Source: Eledone cirrhosa (taxonomy: Eukaryota). Taken from it: a DNA stretch of 64,000 nucleotides. The notes below the pieces were generated by a model that was given only the letters and a program-made list of their open reading frames with translations, was not told the origin of the DNA and did no database searches. The stretch is from assembly GCA_964016885.1 (NCBI GenBank), contig OZ024747.1, forward strand, positions 37,944,001 through 38,008,000, given 5' to 3'. The stretch's first letter is position 1, and each line of letters starts with the position of its first letter. The position numbers were made by a program, and so were the translations under genes. Of this stretch, positions 42,378 through 56,400 are shown one piece after another.

Positions 42378-42439
42378 CATATATATTTAAATATACATTT
42401 AATTAAGTATATGGGTGTATGTATGTATATATATATATA

Positions 42440-42935
42440 TACCTGTCGCATGGTCGGTTGGTCGACGACTAAACCGGCAACCCCACCAAGTTTACTTGGT
42501 GAGGAGGGGGATTTTGGACACCGAGCAGGACAAAAAACAAAACCTGACAAGCGGCGGAAGAACTCATAAGGGTCAACGGCCATCCAAAAGTGTGTAAATA
42601 TGTATATACACATGTACATGTGTGTGTATATGTGTATATGCATGTGTACATGTGTATGTATATGCGGCGACATAGAAATAGTCGGGCTGGACACCCAATC
42701 GCGCGTTTAAACCACTGGGAGTGAAGGACACCTAGCCTTTCTCAGGGCATTTTTCTAGGAGAAGGCAACTCAGGAAACTCCGATATAAAACCTGCGGCTC
42801 AGTAGTTACCGATGATGTTGATCTTTTCTTCTTTTCGAGTTATAGCTACTGTCACTCAGAGAGTGGGATTGGCTCAGTGCAGAGTCTTTCAGCACTTTAA
42901 AAAATATCTTCACGCACAGGCATTTCACGATAGAA
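42440..42935 (+). mobile_element. Possible RTE-type 5'UTR-derived repeat, split by a microsatellite
   Basis: GTCG..CGACGACTAAACC and CTAGGAGAAGGCAACTC..AAACC resemble motifs recalled from RTE 5' regions. Confidence 0.35.
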
Positions 42936-42997
42936 TTAATTAATTATTATTAATAATGGTATATCGTGCAATGGCCATACTCGATAACGAGGGGGCA

Positions 42998-43036
<39 letters not shown>

Positions 43037-43083
43037 TATAAATTTATATATACACATATATGTATGCATATATATATGCATAT

Positions 43084-43174
<91 letters not shown>

Positions 43175-43611
43175 TATATATACATATATATTTAAATATA
43201 CATTTAAGTATATGCGTGTATATTTGAATGAAGAAGGAAAAGAAAGAGAAAAATAATTAATATGTTTAGCCAATGACGCAAATGATGACGAACATTACTT
43301 TTCAAATTGAAGTAATTGTCATCGATATATTTGTGGGGAAGACAGAAGATCTAAAATTTATATGGAGGAGGAGAAAATGTAACTATGACGTCTGTTTGCG
43401 AATTCTTAAGAGCATTAACTCTTTCAAACAAAGACGAAATGTTTCTACTTGCTATCGATAGTAGCTTGAAGGACTTAGTTTTCCAGGTGCTTAGTTATTC
43501 ATAGTTAAAACCTACAAGAATGACACTTGATGTTATATATCCAAGTATTAATTATTAACACTTAAGTAAAAAACAAACAACGAACACACAGATGTAGGTG
43601 TATGAATTTGA

Positions 43612-43696
<85 letters not shown>

Positions 43697-43803
43697 CATA
43701 TATATGGGCGTGTGTGTTTGTATATATAATCATGAATGTGCATATGTGTATATATGCATTTTACACACAAACACATATACACATACAAATATATATATAC
43801 ATA

Positions 43804-44387
43804 TCTTCTATATATATAAAAGCGAGGATGTGTGTGTGTCTGTGTACAAAATTTGGATAGCTAAGGCTTTTACAATTACCAACCGAATTTGACCAACTTT
43901 TTCAAATCGACCCACGTTGAGCAATAAAAAATCGATATCAAAATTATCGGTACCAAAATTGATGTAAGGAGAGATAACCAACTTTATTGACAATCCTTAT
44001 AAAAAAGGGAGATAACCAACTTTATTGAGAGAAATATAAACATCAGATTCATTTGAAGATAAATCACTAATATTATCGTTGTTTCTTGTTTATTATTTGT
44101 TGCACTTTCAAAGTTAAAAAAAACACTTGTTTTAACTTGTTTCACGATATTAAGTGTTAATTTTCGCGGTAAAAAAATGTGTTGCACTACATCCTGTTCA
44201 GTGTTTTCCTTCATTATCAGCATAGTTTTATATGTACAAAGATTGCACTAAATATCCGTTTGCATTAATTATTGAAGACCTCTGCCTATTTTGAGAGGTT
44301 GGGGACAAATAATGTTCTTCTTTTACTTCCTAGCTCTATATTCTTAGCATAATTTCAAACCCCGAGCACCGCCGGGTAAATCTGCTA

Positions 44388-44388
<1 letters not shown>
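43804..44388 (+). mobile_element. Non-autonomous Helitron
   Basis: A|TC 5' end (TCTTCTATATATATAAAA), subterminal CCCGAGCACCGCCGGG hairpin, CTAG|T 3' end, no target-site duplication. Confidence 0.65.
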
Positions 44389-44447
<59 letters not shown>

Positions 44448-44490
44448 CGAAGGAAATGTGGTAGTAGAGTGGGTAATAGGAACGAGTAGG

Positions 44491-44586
44491 ACCTCGACGG
44501 CTGAGCTCAAGCCGTTTCGACGGCTAATTCTGGACTAAATGAAAATGGTTATCCTGGTATATGAATAGCCGAGCTTCTCAGGGGGT
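44491..44586 (-). ncRNA. Complete family G hammerhead with long stem II
   Basis: ACCCC CUGAGAA G CU CGGCUAUUC..GAAUUAGCCG UC GAAAC GGC-UUGAGCUCA-GCC GUC GAGGU (GGGGU in sister copies). Confidence 0.65.
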
Positions 44587-45104
44587 AATTACATATATGG
44601 TAAAAGTGACTGTCACAAGGATTGGTCAAAAGTTTGCTCTTGAGACACATAATTCTATCATGGTAATTTGTGGAAGGAAGGAGTAGCTGAACCTGCCAGT
44701 AGAAGAAAGAGGGAGAGGGAGTGGAGGAAACCCAGTCGTGCGTTGATAGTGCCAACTACAGCAGGGCAGGAGGTCAAGCAAGTATACTAGGGAGGGGGAG
44801 GAGGAGGAAGTCGAAACAATAAGTAAATCAATATGGAGTAAATATATAGAAGAATACCAAGAATGTTAAAAATATAAAAAAACAATTTCTGGTTACTATT
44901 CCCTAATCATCAAGTCTCTCACTGGTACTGCTAAACTATAGAAAAGGTTACTAGGTGGGACGGAATTGTAGTGAGACCATTTTAAGAGTTAGTAGTAATC
45001 AACCGAGTATATCTTACGGTGACAGGTCAACAAGTGGGGGCCAAAATACTAAAGAAACTACCACGAAATAATAATTCAGAGTCCCGAAACTAATACGAAA
45101 TAAT

Positions 45105-45145
45105 TGTTTCTACCCTAGGCACAAGGCCAGCAACCACCCAGTGCA
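45105..45145 (-). mobile_element. SINE 3' stub with an 18-bp target-site duplication
   Basis: TSD AAACTAATACGAAATAAT at 45087-45104 and 45152-45169. Confidence 0.7.
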
Positions 45146-45670
45146 AAAAATAAACTAATACGAAATAATAATTCAGAATCCCGAAAATGAATACTAATAC
45201 TATCTCGAAGGGTGCCGCTACGATACAAACATTCTAGTGCAAACTACATAAATGCTCGTACGAAGTATATGAAAAATTTGATACGGAATATTAATTCAGA
45301 CCCCCCCCCCAAAAAAAAAAAAGATACTGATATACGAGAAATTAAAGCAGAGATACCACTAAGAAATGTAGAAAGCACGGAAATGGGGCAGCCATCGGAT
45401 AAGAAAGCAAGTATCTGGGGTCTATCACATCTATAAAAAGCGGCGTCGGCCAATTCTATCATAGAATAAGGGATGGGGGTGGGGGTACTGAGGCTACAAA
45501 GGACCGAGGGGCTGCCTCGGGTGGGCGGCGAGAAAGTGAAAAGGACGACGACATAGGAGGACTGGGGTGGAAGGATTAGGAAGGGATGGGGGGAAGAAGA
45601 AATATAGAGGAAACGATAAAAACATATAAAAGAAGATCTTACGTCTACCTTTGCAAGCAGTATATGTATA

Positions 45671-45716
<46 letters not shown>

Positions 45717-45868
45717 CGAGAGAAGGAATTGGTAGTTTACTTGAAGCATTGTATAGTCAGGGATAAACTTTAGAAGTTAGAAGGCCAGAACAATGCAGGT
45801 TTAGAGATAGAATATAAATGCAAAAGATAGCACTGACAATTAGTCTTTTACATTAATTTATTCATATA

Positions 45869-45905
45869 TCCTGATATTTCGAGATAATATCCCTTCGTCT
45901 GAGGA
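45869..45905 (-). ncRNA. Minimal hammerhead in the 3' pseudo-LTR of the adjacent PLE
   Basis: UCCU CAGACGA A GGGAU-AUU-AUCUC GAAAUAUC AGGA, followed by AAUAAA. Confidence 0.6.
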
Positions 45906-46270
45906 AAATAGTATAAAATTCTATTCTACTTCTAATGTTAAAGAATGAAGGTTTGGGCAGGTCGAGTGGTTAAAGAGTTGTCTCTCTTTAAAGGGTTTTG
46001 ACATGTATGTCTAAGTGTGTGTGTGTGTGTGTGTGTGTTAGAGAAAACGTGAAGGTGTAAGCGTGCGTGTGTGTGTATGTGTGTGTGTGAGAGTTTGAGA
46101 GGATACGTGGAGATGTAAATGCTCTAATATGTAGGCAGTACCACACATTCTAAGTGTGATGTGTAAGAGATACGTAAATATGTAAGCATGCGCGCGCGAT
46201 GTGTGTGTGTGTGTGAGTGTGGAAGGATACGTAGAGATGAAAACATGAGGGCTAGATGTTCTATCATGTT

Positions 46271-46760
46271 CAAAATTGGGTGTTGAGTTCTAATCTATTA
46301 TTGATTGGTGGTTGCGTTTTGTCTATAATTAATGCTTCTTTAATTCTAAGATTGCCGAGGTTTCTTTCCTTACCTGCTATACTAATTATCATGTTTTTAT
46401 TAATGTTTTTACATTTCCCTAGGTGTTTCTTAAATGAGGAAGAATTAGTGTTGAGGTGTACTTTTATTCTAATCTGAAGGTGTATGGTGGTGCTCCCTAC
46501 GTAGAAGTTGCTATATTTGTCGCACTCTAATCTGTAGACTTATGCCTGGTGGCATAGGTCTGTGTCGTCGATGGGGCAGTTGGCCAGCGTGCAGCGGCTG
46601 TCATGTCTGGTGGAGTGTCTCTTGGCTAGCTGTCCACGTAGAGAAGATCCTGAGTTGGCTAGTTGGATATCTAGTCCCTCTCGTCTGATAGGTCTGCTGA
46701 TGGCCGTTGTAGTTTCATCACTGAAGTGTGGGAACTTCAGGAAGCAGGTGTTAGTGCTAC
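46271..46760 (-). pseudogene. PLE (non-Naiad; Penelope/Neptune-like) GIY-YIG fragment, not in the ORF track
   Basis: Manual translation: CTLANCP..LC..VYRLECDKYSNFYVGSTT..RIKVH..SSFKKHLGKC..LRIKEALII..PPINNRLE. Confidence 0.75.
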
Positions 46761-46860
46761 AGCTGTGGTGTTTTCTGTTGTTTCGGGCACGGTTTGTCTG
46801 CTTATCATAATCGCGCTTTAAAAAAATGGTGTGCCTGCTTTTGTATCTCTCTGTATCATT

Positions 46861-47018
46861 CGGGCGCCATGCTTTGAAGCATAGAGTTACCTCCCTTTAT
46901 GATCTGAGTTCAAATCCCGCCGAGGTTAACTTTGCCTTTCATCCTTATGGGGTCGATAAAATAAAGTACCAGTAATACACTGATAATTGCTGGCCTTGTG
47001 CTAAAAGTAGAAACAATT
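46861..47018 (+). mobile_element. tRNA-SINE
   Basis: B-box and family body. Confidence 0.85.
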
Positions 47019-47303
47019 ATGTATTTTTCTCTAAGTATAGTGTTTTCAAAGAATCCCCATTCTTTAAAACCATCAGCCAATGACCTCCACCCATCCTAAT
47101 CACCACCTTCCCCTACCACCAGAAAATGCACCAGAAAATGTATAAATACCAACACAACACATTGATAGACAGCTTTTCCAATGATTTCCTTTAAATGAAA
47201 CAGTTTAGTCCTGCAGAAGCCATTTCTATATTAAATATTTATACTCTGGTATGTATTGAGTAACTTACTTTGGTTATCCCCGACTGAAACCGACAAACAC
47301 ACC

Positions 47304-47366
<63 letters not shown>

Positions 47367-47440
47367 AGTAAATTAGTAAATAGTTATCGCTCTACATGGC
47401 TGAATACAATAAATGTAGTTTGAGTTTTTCGAATATTAAT

Positions 47441-47627
47441 AATTGTTTCTACCTTTGGCACAAGGCCAGCAATTACCCAGTACATTACTGGTAGTTTATT
47501 TCATCGACCCCGTATGGAGGAAAGGCAAAGTTAACGAGGGCAGTATTTGAACTCAGATCGTAAAGGGACGTAACTATGCTGGAAAGCATGTCGTCCGACC
47601 CTCTACCGATACTGCCAATCCGCCGCC
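47441..47627 (-). mobile_element. tRNA-SINE, full length, inserted in a repeat unit (47385-47757)
   Basis: GGCGGCGGATTGGCAGTATCGG head; B-box GAGTTCAAAT. Confidence 0.85.
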
Positions 47628-47762
47628 ATTATAATAATAATATTCGATTAGATTGCAATTATGCTAACAGCCTCTTTTCAGCCATGTCAGTAGGATGAGC
47701 CCCTTATTCTTGCTCTTGTGTTGGTATGTAAACAGAACTGCAGACACGAATATTTCTGTGTG

Positions 47763-47796
<34 letters not shown>

Positions 47797-47945
47797 GAAG
47801 TGGTTGCACAACAGTTAGTTCACCATACCGAGAACAATTGTTTCACTTTAGCGGATCCTCAGCTGGTAATGCGAGCTGAGGATCCGCTAAGGTGAAACAA
47901 TTGTTCTCGGTATGGTGAACTAACTGTTGTGTAACCTCTTCTACC
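47797..47945. ncRNA. Head-to-head pair of minimal hammerheads (minus 47829-47864, plus 47872-47909)
   Basis: CGAG CUGAGGA UCC-GCUAA-GGU GAAAC AAUU GUU CUCG on the plus strand; mirror copy on the minus strand. Confidence 0.8.
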
Positions 47946-48054
47946 TAACTCGTCCCATGGACTGAGTGCTCTACCACTACGGATGGATATTACCTTCCAG
48001 TGTTCTACCACTATATATATATAGTGATATATATATACATATATATATAGTAAT

Positions 48055-50540
48055 AATAATAAATTTGAAGACTAAAATCCAAAGAGGCCTCGATAAGGAT
48101 AAATATATATCAAATATATAAGAACCGTAGAGCAAATATTTATTAAAATAACAGATTAAAGTTTAAGCAAAGAATCGCTGCTTTCACCCTTAACGGGATC
48201 TTCTGAAACTAACAAAGTCTATCTGTAAACGCACAAATGGATATTTCAAAAAACGTTGCAACCGGAGGAAGACAGGAAGATGATACTTTGGTTCGCGGAA
48301 CGTTCGCTGGCAAAGAACGGGAACAAACGAATATAATACGTCATTAATAGGAGCGGTGAAAAACAATTACGCGCAAAGACAGAACCACGTTTATGGTATA
48401 AAAGAGGTCGTAGACTAATGTTCTCTTAGGTGGTTCATAGAGACGTTCTCTGGCAATGAACGAAAAAAACGAAGATAATACGTCATATGTGGAGCGTAGA
48501 GAACAATAGCACGCAAAGACAAAACCACGTAAACGGTATAGCAGAAGTCGTAGACTAAAATTCTAACTAGGAGTCCGAATGAATCTCCGCTACAGAGTTA
48601 AGAACAAAGAAAATAAATACAATACAGAAGTAATAGAAATAAATAAATACATACACGCAAACAAATACGTACATACACAAGCATACGCAAAACACTTACC
48701 ATAGGTATACAAAACCACGCACATATAAATATGTGAGTGTGTGTATGGGTGTATACAAATAAATAAATAATTATATAAACGTATATAAAAATATGTATAT
48801 AACAAGCGCGCACACATACCTACATGTAAATACACGAATGTTCGGAGACGTAAGTCAACCAAAACATGAAGTACACATATACACACACCCTACATACGTA
48901 CGAACCAGCATACTCACACAGACGCAAAACTCCCGTATACACAAAGCCAAACCATATGTACCAGAATATATAAAAATATACGCCATAACATAAACAATCA
49001 AATATACGTACGAGAAGGTATACGTATCTTCACAAAACATACGGGTAATATATACTTACCTATGCAAATAAGTAATGGTATAAACAAAACATATACTTAG
49101 CTCCCACATCAAGACGTAAAATATCCACGTATAGATCGTACTATCCGTTAGGGTATAACGTGGGGCTGTAATACAGGAAAGTTTTGTGCAATTTATGTTT
49201 ACAAGCCGAAATTGCCTCAGATTTTTTGTTTAAGATGTGGTCTGTGGCGTAGAGTATTTCCAGGGCTTCAGCGGCGCAGAGGTCACATGGTCTTTTATTT
49301 CCGTTATACGATCTAGCCCTAGCTAGGATCTCCCAGTGTAACTTATATTGGGTGTGGTTGTCTTTAGACTCCAGATATAAGCTGAAAGTGACGTCATATT
49401 CCTTCTTAGAGGGTAACGAAAAGAATGGGTATACATGTAAAGACGCTGCTTGAATCTATTGGTGGTTAACCCTATGTAGGCCCTACGGGACGTGGGTGTT
49501 ACAACCTTATATTTGTAGACAATGTTACTAGATAGGCATTTCCCGGATAGGGGGCAATCAACCCGATTCCTACAAGTACAGTTAGTACTAACTACAGGGT
49601 TGCACATGTTCCTACGGCTAGGTAGCTTAGCTAAATTTGAAGCTGTGATGTTATGTTCAAGGTTAGGAGTCGTAGAGTAAGACATTTTAATAGTATTTCT
49701 ATTAAAAATTTTACTATATTTATGTGTAGGGGGAAAATGCTTCGTAATAAGGGAAAGAAAGATCTTAGCTAATGGTGTGGCCACCTCCATATTATATGGT
49801 GGGTTATACCAACAAATGCGACGGGATCTATTTCTTCTACGTCTATTTTCGTACTCTGTATATGCTACCTTATCGACAAATCCACTTATACGTTTATATA
49901 ATTATTTATTTATTTGTATACACCCATACACACACACACATATTTATATGTGCGTGGTTTTGTATACCTATGGTAAGTGTTTTGCGTATGCTTGTGTATG
50001 TACGTATTTGTTTGCGTGTATGTATTTATTTATTTATTTCTATTACTTCTGTATTGTATTTATTTACTTTGTTCTTAACTCTGTAGCGGAGATTCATTCG
50101 GACTCCTAGTTAGAATTTTAGTCTACGACTTCTGCTATACCGTTTACGTGGTTTTATCTTTGCGTGCTATTGTTCTCCACACTCAACATATGACGTATTA
50201 ATCTTCGTTTTTTTTGTTCATTGCCAGAGAACGTCTCTATGAACCACCTAAGAGAACATTAGTCTACGACCTCTTTTATACCATAAACGTGGTTCTGTCT
50301 TTGCGCGTAATTGTTTTTCACCGCTCCTATTAATGACGTATTATATTCGTTTTTTCCCGTTCTTTGCCAGCGAACGTTGCCACGAACCAAAGTATCGTCT
50401 TCCTGTCTTCCTCCGGTTGCAACGTTTTTTGAAATATCCACTTCTGCGTTTACAGATTGACTTTGTTAGTTTCAGAAGATCCCGTTAAGGGTGAAAGCAG
50501 CGATTCTTTGCTTAAACTTTAATCTGTTATTTTAATAAAT
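48055..50540 (-). mobile_element. 5'-truncated Naiad-type PLE with ~650-bp inverted pseudo-LTR arms (48140-48786 and 49888-50540)
   Basis: GIY-YIG at ~49150-49860 (KHFP..KIFNRNTIKMSYS, CTCx5Cx5C, IVYK..YIGLT..FKQR, CDLC..E, LNKKSE..CKH); HHR-like CAGAAGA UCCC..GGGU GAAA in both arms. Confidence 0.88.
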
Positions 50541-51109
50541 ATATATATATATATATATATATACACAACTATTTAAAGCACAACCCTACAGACATACCTC
50601 TAAAGGAGGTAAATAAACTAGAATTATTAAAGCATACCATTAGAATTTTAAACAGATTGTAACTTGTCATAAAAATATACAAATTCCTTATATTTTTTAG
50701 CATTTAAAAACACTGTCCACAGCTTGAAATAACTTAAGTGAAGCAATACTTCACAAAATAAGTAAAATGTAAAATATGAGGCTGGGCTGAAAATGTTATG
50801 CTCTATCTATAAATGAGTGGTACTAGAGCTGTACAATATTGTATGCTTTAATTTCAACATTTCACTGCATTGTTTCGTTCTACAGACTATGTTGAAAAAT
50901 AAACTTGAGGCATATAACCATTAGAGTATCTTGATCAGCCTATGAACTATTCAATCGACTTTCCAATAACATTTGAAGCACTTTAAACCTATTTTATGAC
51001 ACAATCATAGATTGGCCTTGATAAACGTATTTTAGTTAGTTTTGTTAGTGTTAGAAACAAAAATACAATGGATTACAGTAATATTACCTTCATCAGTACA
51101 GTTCACTGT

Positions 51110-51425
51110 TCACCTGCCAACTGTGAGAGCTATCTCCTCCCAGTTGTCTATATCAAATGCCAGCTCTTTGAGGTTGTTCATGATGCTGTCCCTGAACCTC
51201 ATTTTCGGTTTGTGTTGAGGTCTTTTTCCAAGATGGAGCTCACCGTAAAACAGTTGCTTTGGGATCCTGCTTTCTTTCATACGGACGATATGTCCTGCCC
51301 AACACATTTGAGAAGATTTTACTTGGGACTCAATGCTTGGACATTCTGCTTTGATAAGGATATGGATGTCAGGAGTTTTGTCTTGCCACTTGATGTTGAA
51401 TATGCGTCTTAAACATTTCTGCTGA
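51110..51425 (-). pseudogene. RTE-BovB-like LINE C-terminal fragment
   Basis: CLRRIFNIKWQDK..PSIE..WAGHIVRM..RIPKQLFYGEL..GKR..PKMRFRD..WEEIA. Confidence 0.85.
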
Positions 51426-51671
51426 AAACATATACATACATACGCATATAATAAAGCTGTATACGTACACACGTGCACACTCACTCACACGTATAATATC
51501 CTTGCATATATGAATGTCACAATCTGTAAGTTTACTTCCACAATACAGTTCATATTCAAAAGCAGCCATTATTGTCGTTGGAATGTTGTTTCATCAACAC
51601 GCTGAGTCTATCACCAGAATTCTTTTCGTGTTCAGAATATATTTCATATATGGTCATAATGCACACGAGAG

Positions 51672-51776
51672 AACATCAAGAACATCACACAATCTAAAGT
51701 TTTGCCTCTATGGTACCATAAAACATCAAGAACATCACACAATCTAAAGTTTTGCCTCTATGGTACCATAAAACAT
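51672..51776. repeat. 51-bp tandem duplication
   Basis: AACATCAAGAACATCACACAATCTAAAGTTTTGCCTCTATGGTACCATAAA x2. Confidence 0.9.
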
Positions 51777-54243
51777 GACTGTTAATTGCTACGCAAGTTT
51801 CCATGAGATTCAAAATATTAATGTGAATGAAATTGCATGACATTAAAATGTTGAATAAAACCTTTTAACCCTTTCTTTATCACATTTCTAATGCAATATA
51901 TTACCTATGGTTTTCGAATTACATTGAAAATATTCAAGAGCTTGAAGGATTTAGCAATGTAAATAACTTTCTCATTATTTAGATGAAGTAATGGCGGGGA
52001 TTTGCAGAGTCGTTAATTCATCGGGCAAATGCTTAGCAGTATTTATTCTGGTTCTTTATATCCTGAGTTCAAATTCCGCCAAGGGTACGAAAACAATATA
52101 TTTCTATGTAGGTTTTGTAAATACATTGTTAATTGATAGATTAACAAAAAGCTTAAGAAATGGTATGATTTTGTCAAAAGTAAATGTAAAAAACAAAATC
52201 TGTATAGTAATAGTGGGAAATAGATTATGAGTTGAGGCGATAGTGGATGTGCAAGAAATTTGTCAAAAATGTTTGTACGAGAAAAAATTTCATATTAGAA
52301 GAACGGTAATAAACGAGCAGCAGTAGAAAGAGATATAGTATAGGACTAAGAGAAAGAACGAGAGATTATAAACAGAACGAAATTCTTAGTTATTCAAAAG
52401 GAAGTAAAGAAAGTAAAAGTCTATGGGAATACAAACATGTCAACGTGGAAGAGAATACAAGAAAAACAAAACAAAAATACAACAACACCTTAACAGCTCA
52501 AAATGAACGTTGCGGAGGTGTAAGAGAAACAAATATATGAATTAAAAGAGAATAGTAATTCTGAGCCAGTATTGAAAACCAATTTCCTAAATCGATTTCA
52601 AATGCATGTGTCAAGTTGAATAAAACAAAAATGAAGTAAAGTGAATATTAATGTCAATAATAATATTAATAAAATACAAATATTATTTCAAATATTCTAG
52701 GTTAATTGTTCTGTATATTGACAATAAAATGATAGGGGGTGAACAATTAGTTGACTTAAATAGGATGTGTTCCCACTTTCAATTAATAACAAAGATACCT
52801 TCCCACACAAAGAAAAGGAAGAGAGTAAACTATCGTTAAATTACGTTTTAACTTTTACAAAAAATTGTAAAGGGGAAATGACTGTATGAATAAATTATTG
52901 AAATACAAGTTCACAGATCATGAGTTCAAATTCAAATTGATTGACTTTTATTAGTACGTTAATTTTACATGTGATTCATCTGTCATTTTCGACGATGAAC
53001 ATTCGGTCGTTAGATCAACCAGACCTGTCAACTCTCCCAGTCTGAAGGGGAAATCTTCACCCACTTTGGGGTGGGTGAGATATCTCTTCTCTTGTGAAAA
53101 TGGGTATAGCTTGCATAATATAAAATCTCCCTATTTTGCCCCATTTCTCCTCGTTTTGGGGCACTTTTTTTCATGGTACAACCCGTTTGGGTTTTTAGAG
53201 TTTGGCAGGTCTGGATCAACTGAACTATAAAGACTGGTAAATGAACGTCACGAGGGATTTTGTCCAACGCAAATTTACCAATCTACCAACCTTATAAAGA
53301 CTATATTAGAAAACAGATAGCCAAAACAAATTGCTGGAAGAAATATCTCTTATATTTCTGTGAGAAATTCTATGAATACAAATTTATTTTAGTCAGACCC
53401 CAAAGCCTATATTTATGGAAAGGGGTGATTAGAAAGTATGTCATTCAAACCTCTTTTTTTTCTGCAGACATTTAAAGCATAATAAATTAAAAGCAATTCA
53501 ACCGAAAAGAGAAATTAAATGGTACTTTGATGTGACGGTGCGCGTGTTGGGGAAAACATTGATGTAGACAGCAATAGAGTCTTTGGTGATGATGATGATG
53601 GCGATGGTGATGATGTTGGTGGTGATGTTGATAATGGCAATGATGATGATGATGTGTTGGCGGTGATGGTGATGATGATGATGGTGATGATGATGATGTG
53701 TACAGACGTAGATACATATGTGTGCAAGTATATATGTGTGCGTGTGTGAATGTTCTCAGATTTTTACATGTTTGTAAGCGTATGTAGCTATGTGTGATGA
53801 TTATGTTTTTTATATTCTTATATATATTTAGACACATGATTATATATTTTGTGTACAATTTTTGCTTACGTGTATATGTATAGACAGCATATATGTGTGT
53901 GCACGGATCTTTCTACATGCGTATATGCGGGTATGATTGAGTAAGTATCATTGCACAGCCTTTTCATTACCCCCACCACCACCATCATCATCATCATCAT
54001 CATCTACATCTCCAGTATTATCGCGACCATCATTGACCCTTTCATCGCCATCATCTACTTCAGCTTCATATGTTACTTTACAAGCTATCTACCAGCATCA
54101 TCTCCATCATAAATCTGGGCCCTCTATTTTCCAGCGCCCATTGCTGACGCCGACGCCGTTATACCCACCAAAATCGCCATCATCAATACTGTATTCATCT
54201 TCATCATCATCATCATCATCATCATCACTATCAATGATCTGTC

Positions 54244-55180
54244 GACTTTAAAACTCGTTGATGTGGCTCCTATGTGAAGGTGTTCAGAGTTGGGTTTTTT
54301 TATTCTACATCCGTATATTAAGTTCTTCCTAAGGCATTCATTACTAAGGGGGCATAATTCGGGGTTTCTGCAGTTGCAGGAGGTGGTCGACCTCCGTGTG
54401 CCCCCGTTACGTGTTATATGGTGGTCGTCCTCCGGGCCCGGTGGGGGCTCCCTGGGTCTGTTTGGGTTTCCAGGGTGGGCACTGGGTCCACCCTTCTTTC
54501 CCTCCACTTGGTTCTGCTGGGTGCTTATATTGCTGGTTGTGTGTGGTTTTTACGTCTACCCCTATTGATGCTAGCTATGTGCTGGGCCACATTTCTCGTG
54601 GTAGAATGCAAGAGCTTCACAGTGTGCCTGTTGAAGATCTTGTGGTATCTATGGTCCCTCGGGAAGCATTTATCTCGTGCTCTAAAGAATGAGCGGTCCA
54701 AGCTGTTCTTTAGGGCTGCTGAGTAGGGTGAGTTGTACCTCGTGATTTTTCTGCGTCTACTCCTATGCGGGTGGATTGAGCGTGCCGTGTGCTGTTGTGG
54801 AGTTGCTGGGTTGCTAGTGGTTCCCGCATTGCTGCTGCCCCTTTGGGCGCTATGTGTTTTGATACCTTCTCGGCCCGAATCTGTGGGGTGGTTGTTTCCT
54901 GCGCTGGGAGCTCTACAATGGGATGGCACTCAATCACTCCATATACGTGTCTTGCGGTTGGGGGCGTCGGGCCCAGCGTGGTTAGTATCACCCCTGAGAC
55001 TGCTACTCGTATTGGGTTTCCTCCCATGGTTATGCGTACGCGTCCCCCTCGCCCATGTGATGGTGTCGGGCTCATGGTCTTTAGTTGTTTCCATTCTGCC
55101 TGTATTGTTAGGGTTCGCCCCCTCCCGGACACTGTGGGAGGGGGTGTCCGGTGGGCCATCCCCATCATGGCGCCTCGGAT
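54244..55180 (-). pseudogene. Naiad-type PLE internal fragment
   Basis: RRKITRYNSPYS..FP..HRYHKIFNRHTVK, CNCRNPELCPLSNEC, LIYGC..HIGATSTSFK. Confidence 0.85.
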
Positions 55181-55336
55181 TATATGATATAAATATGTAT
55201 GTATTTTTATATATGATATAAATATGTATGTATGTTTATATATGATATAAATATGTATGTATGTTTATATATATATCATTACAGTATTTTTTCCAATGTG
55301 ACTATTGTTAACTGGAAACCCACATTAGCGACGAAG

Positions 55337-55394
55337 CTTCTTCTTCTTCTTCTTCTTCTTCTTCTTCTTCTTCTTCTTCTTCTTCTTCTTCTTC
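55337..55394. repeat. (CTT)n microsatellite
   Basis: Direct reading. Confidence 0.95.
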
Positions 55395-55719
55395 TGACCA
55401 TGGGTAAAAGTAGCCACGAACACAGAATTGAAGATAGATAGTTAGCTTTTACACCCGCTTTCATTACTTGTGAAAACGACCCCTAAATACTTAAATTTCT
55501 CTAATTGCTTCAGTTTAAATCCAGTCTTATGCGGATAGCCGTTTTCGCTCGCAACAACAAACAGCTGAAGCGGAAACAGTTGAACACCCCCTCATCGTTT
55601 TAATGTCTTATGTTTGAAAAGGGAGTTCTCTGAATTTGGATGCTATAGTATTCGCATACCTGGTCATGACTTTGCCCTCAGATTGAGTGGGACCTGCCAG
55701 TTTTGTGGACATTTTAGAC

Positions 55720-56400
55720 TTTATTTCTTAGGCTGCAGATAGCGAGATGGGGATCAGTTGACAGCTCAGTTTCTCTCTTAACACGATCATCCAACATGAA
55801 ATCGAAGAGATTAGAGACAATAAAAAAACAATTACTGGCATCTATATACGACTCTCCTGAAACCATATATACTAATCGATATCTTTGTGCTGGAAAAATA
55901 TGTTTATGATAGAGAGCCCTTTACTAGAATAGAAGTCTAAGTTCTCTCCGTTCGCATTTTGATGGGAGTCACCATGCCTTCCGATCACTCCTTTCTCTAT
56001 TACGTGATCAGTGCCAACATATGCATTGTAGTCTCGTAGGATATATGAGTCTGTCTTAACTTCATCTAACGCTGCAGAGACATCTTAAAGGAAGAAATTG
56101 TATTCAAACGCTCTGGTACATAAACTTGCACCATTCATAGAGAGTTTTCTCTCTGCATAAACGTCAAATGACACATCTCATTTCCCAAATAGGACCCACA
56201 TTCTGACATCCAGGGACTTGTGAATATCCCTAACCCAGCTTATACAGTCATTTCTGATAACAGAACTCTACCCTGGAGTTTTCAATTCCCCACCCAAATG
56301 CACGGAGTCAGGACCACGGAACTTTGTTGCCGATAACATCCTGGTATTTCCTTCCCTATATCTCTTCAGGTTAAAACATTCCGGTTGTCAGTAGTTAACG
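55720..56400 (-). pseudogene. Highly decayed RTE (Expander/Rex3-like) endonuclease, not in the ORF track
   Basis: Manual translation: VQVYVP, RDYNAYVGTD..GVIGRHG..NANG, LSIINIFFQHK, LDDRVKRETELSTDPHL. Confidence 0.65.

Noticed and set aside
53028-53475. Two short ORFs in unique sequence
   Set aside because: No domain recognised; host exon and decayed repeat cannot be distinguished.
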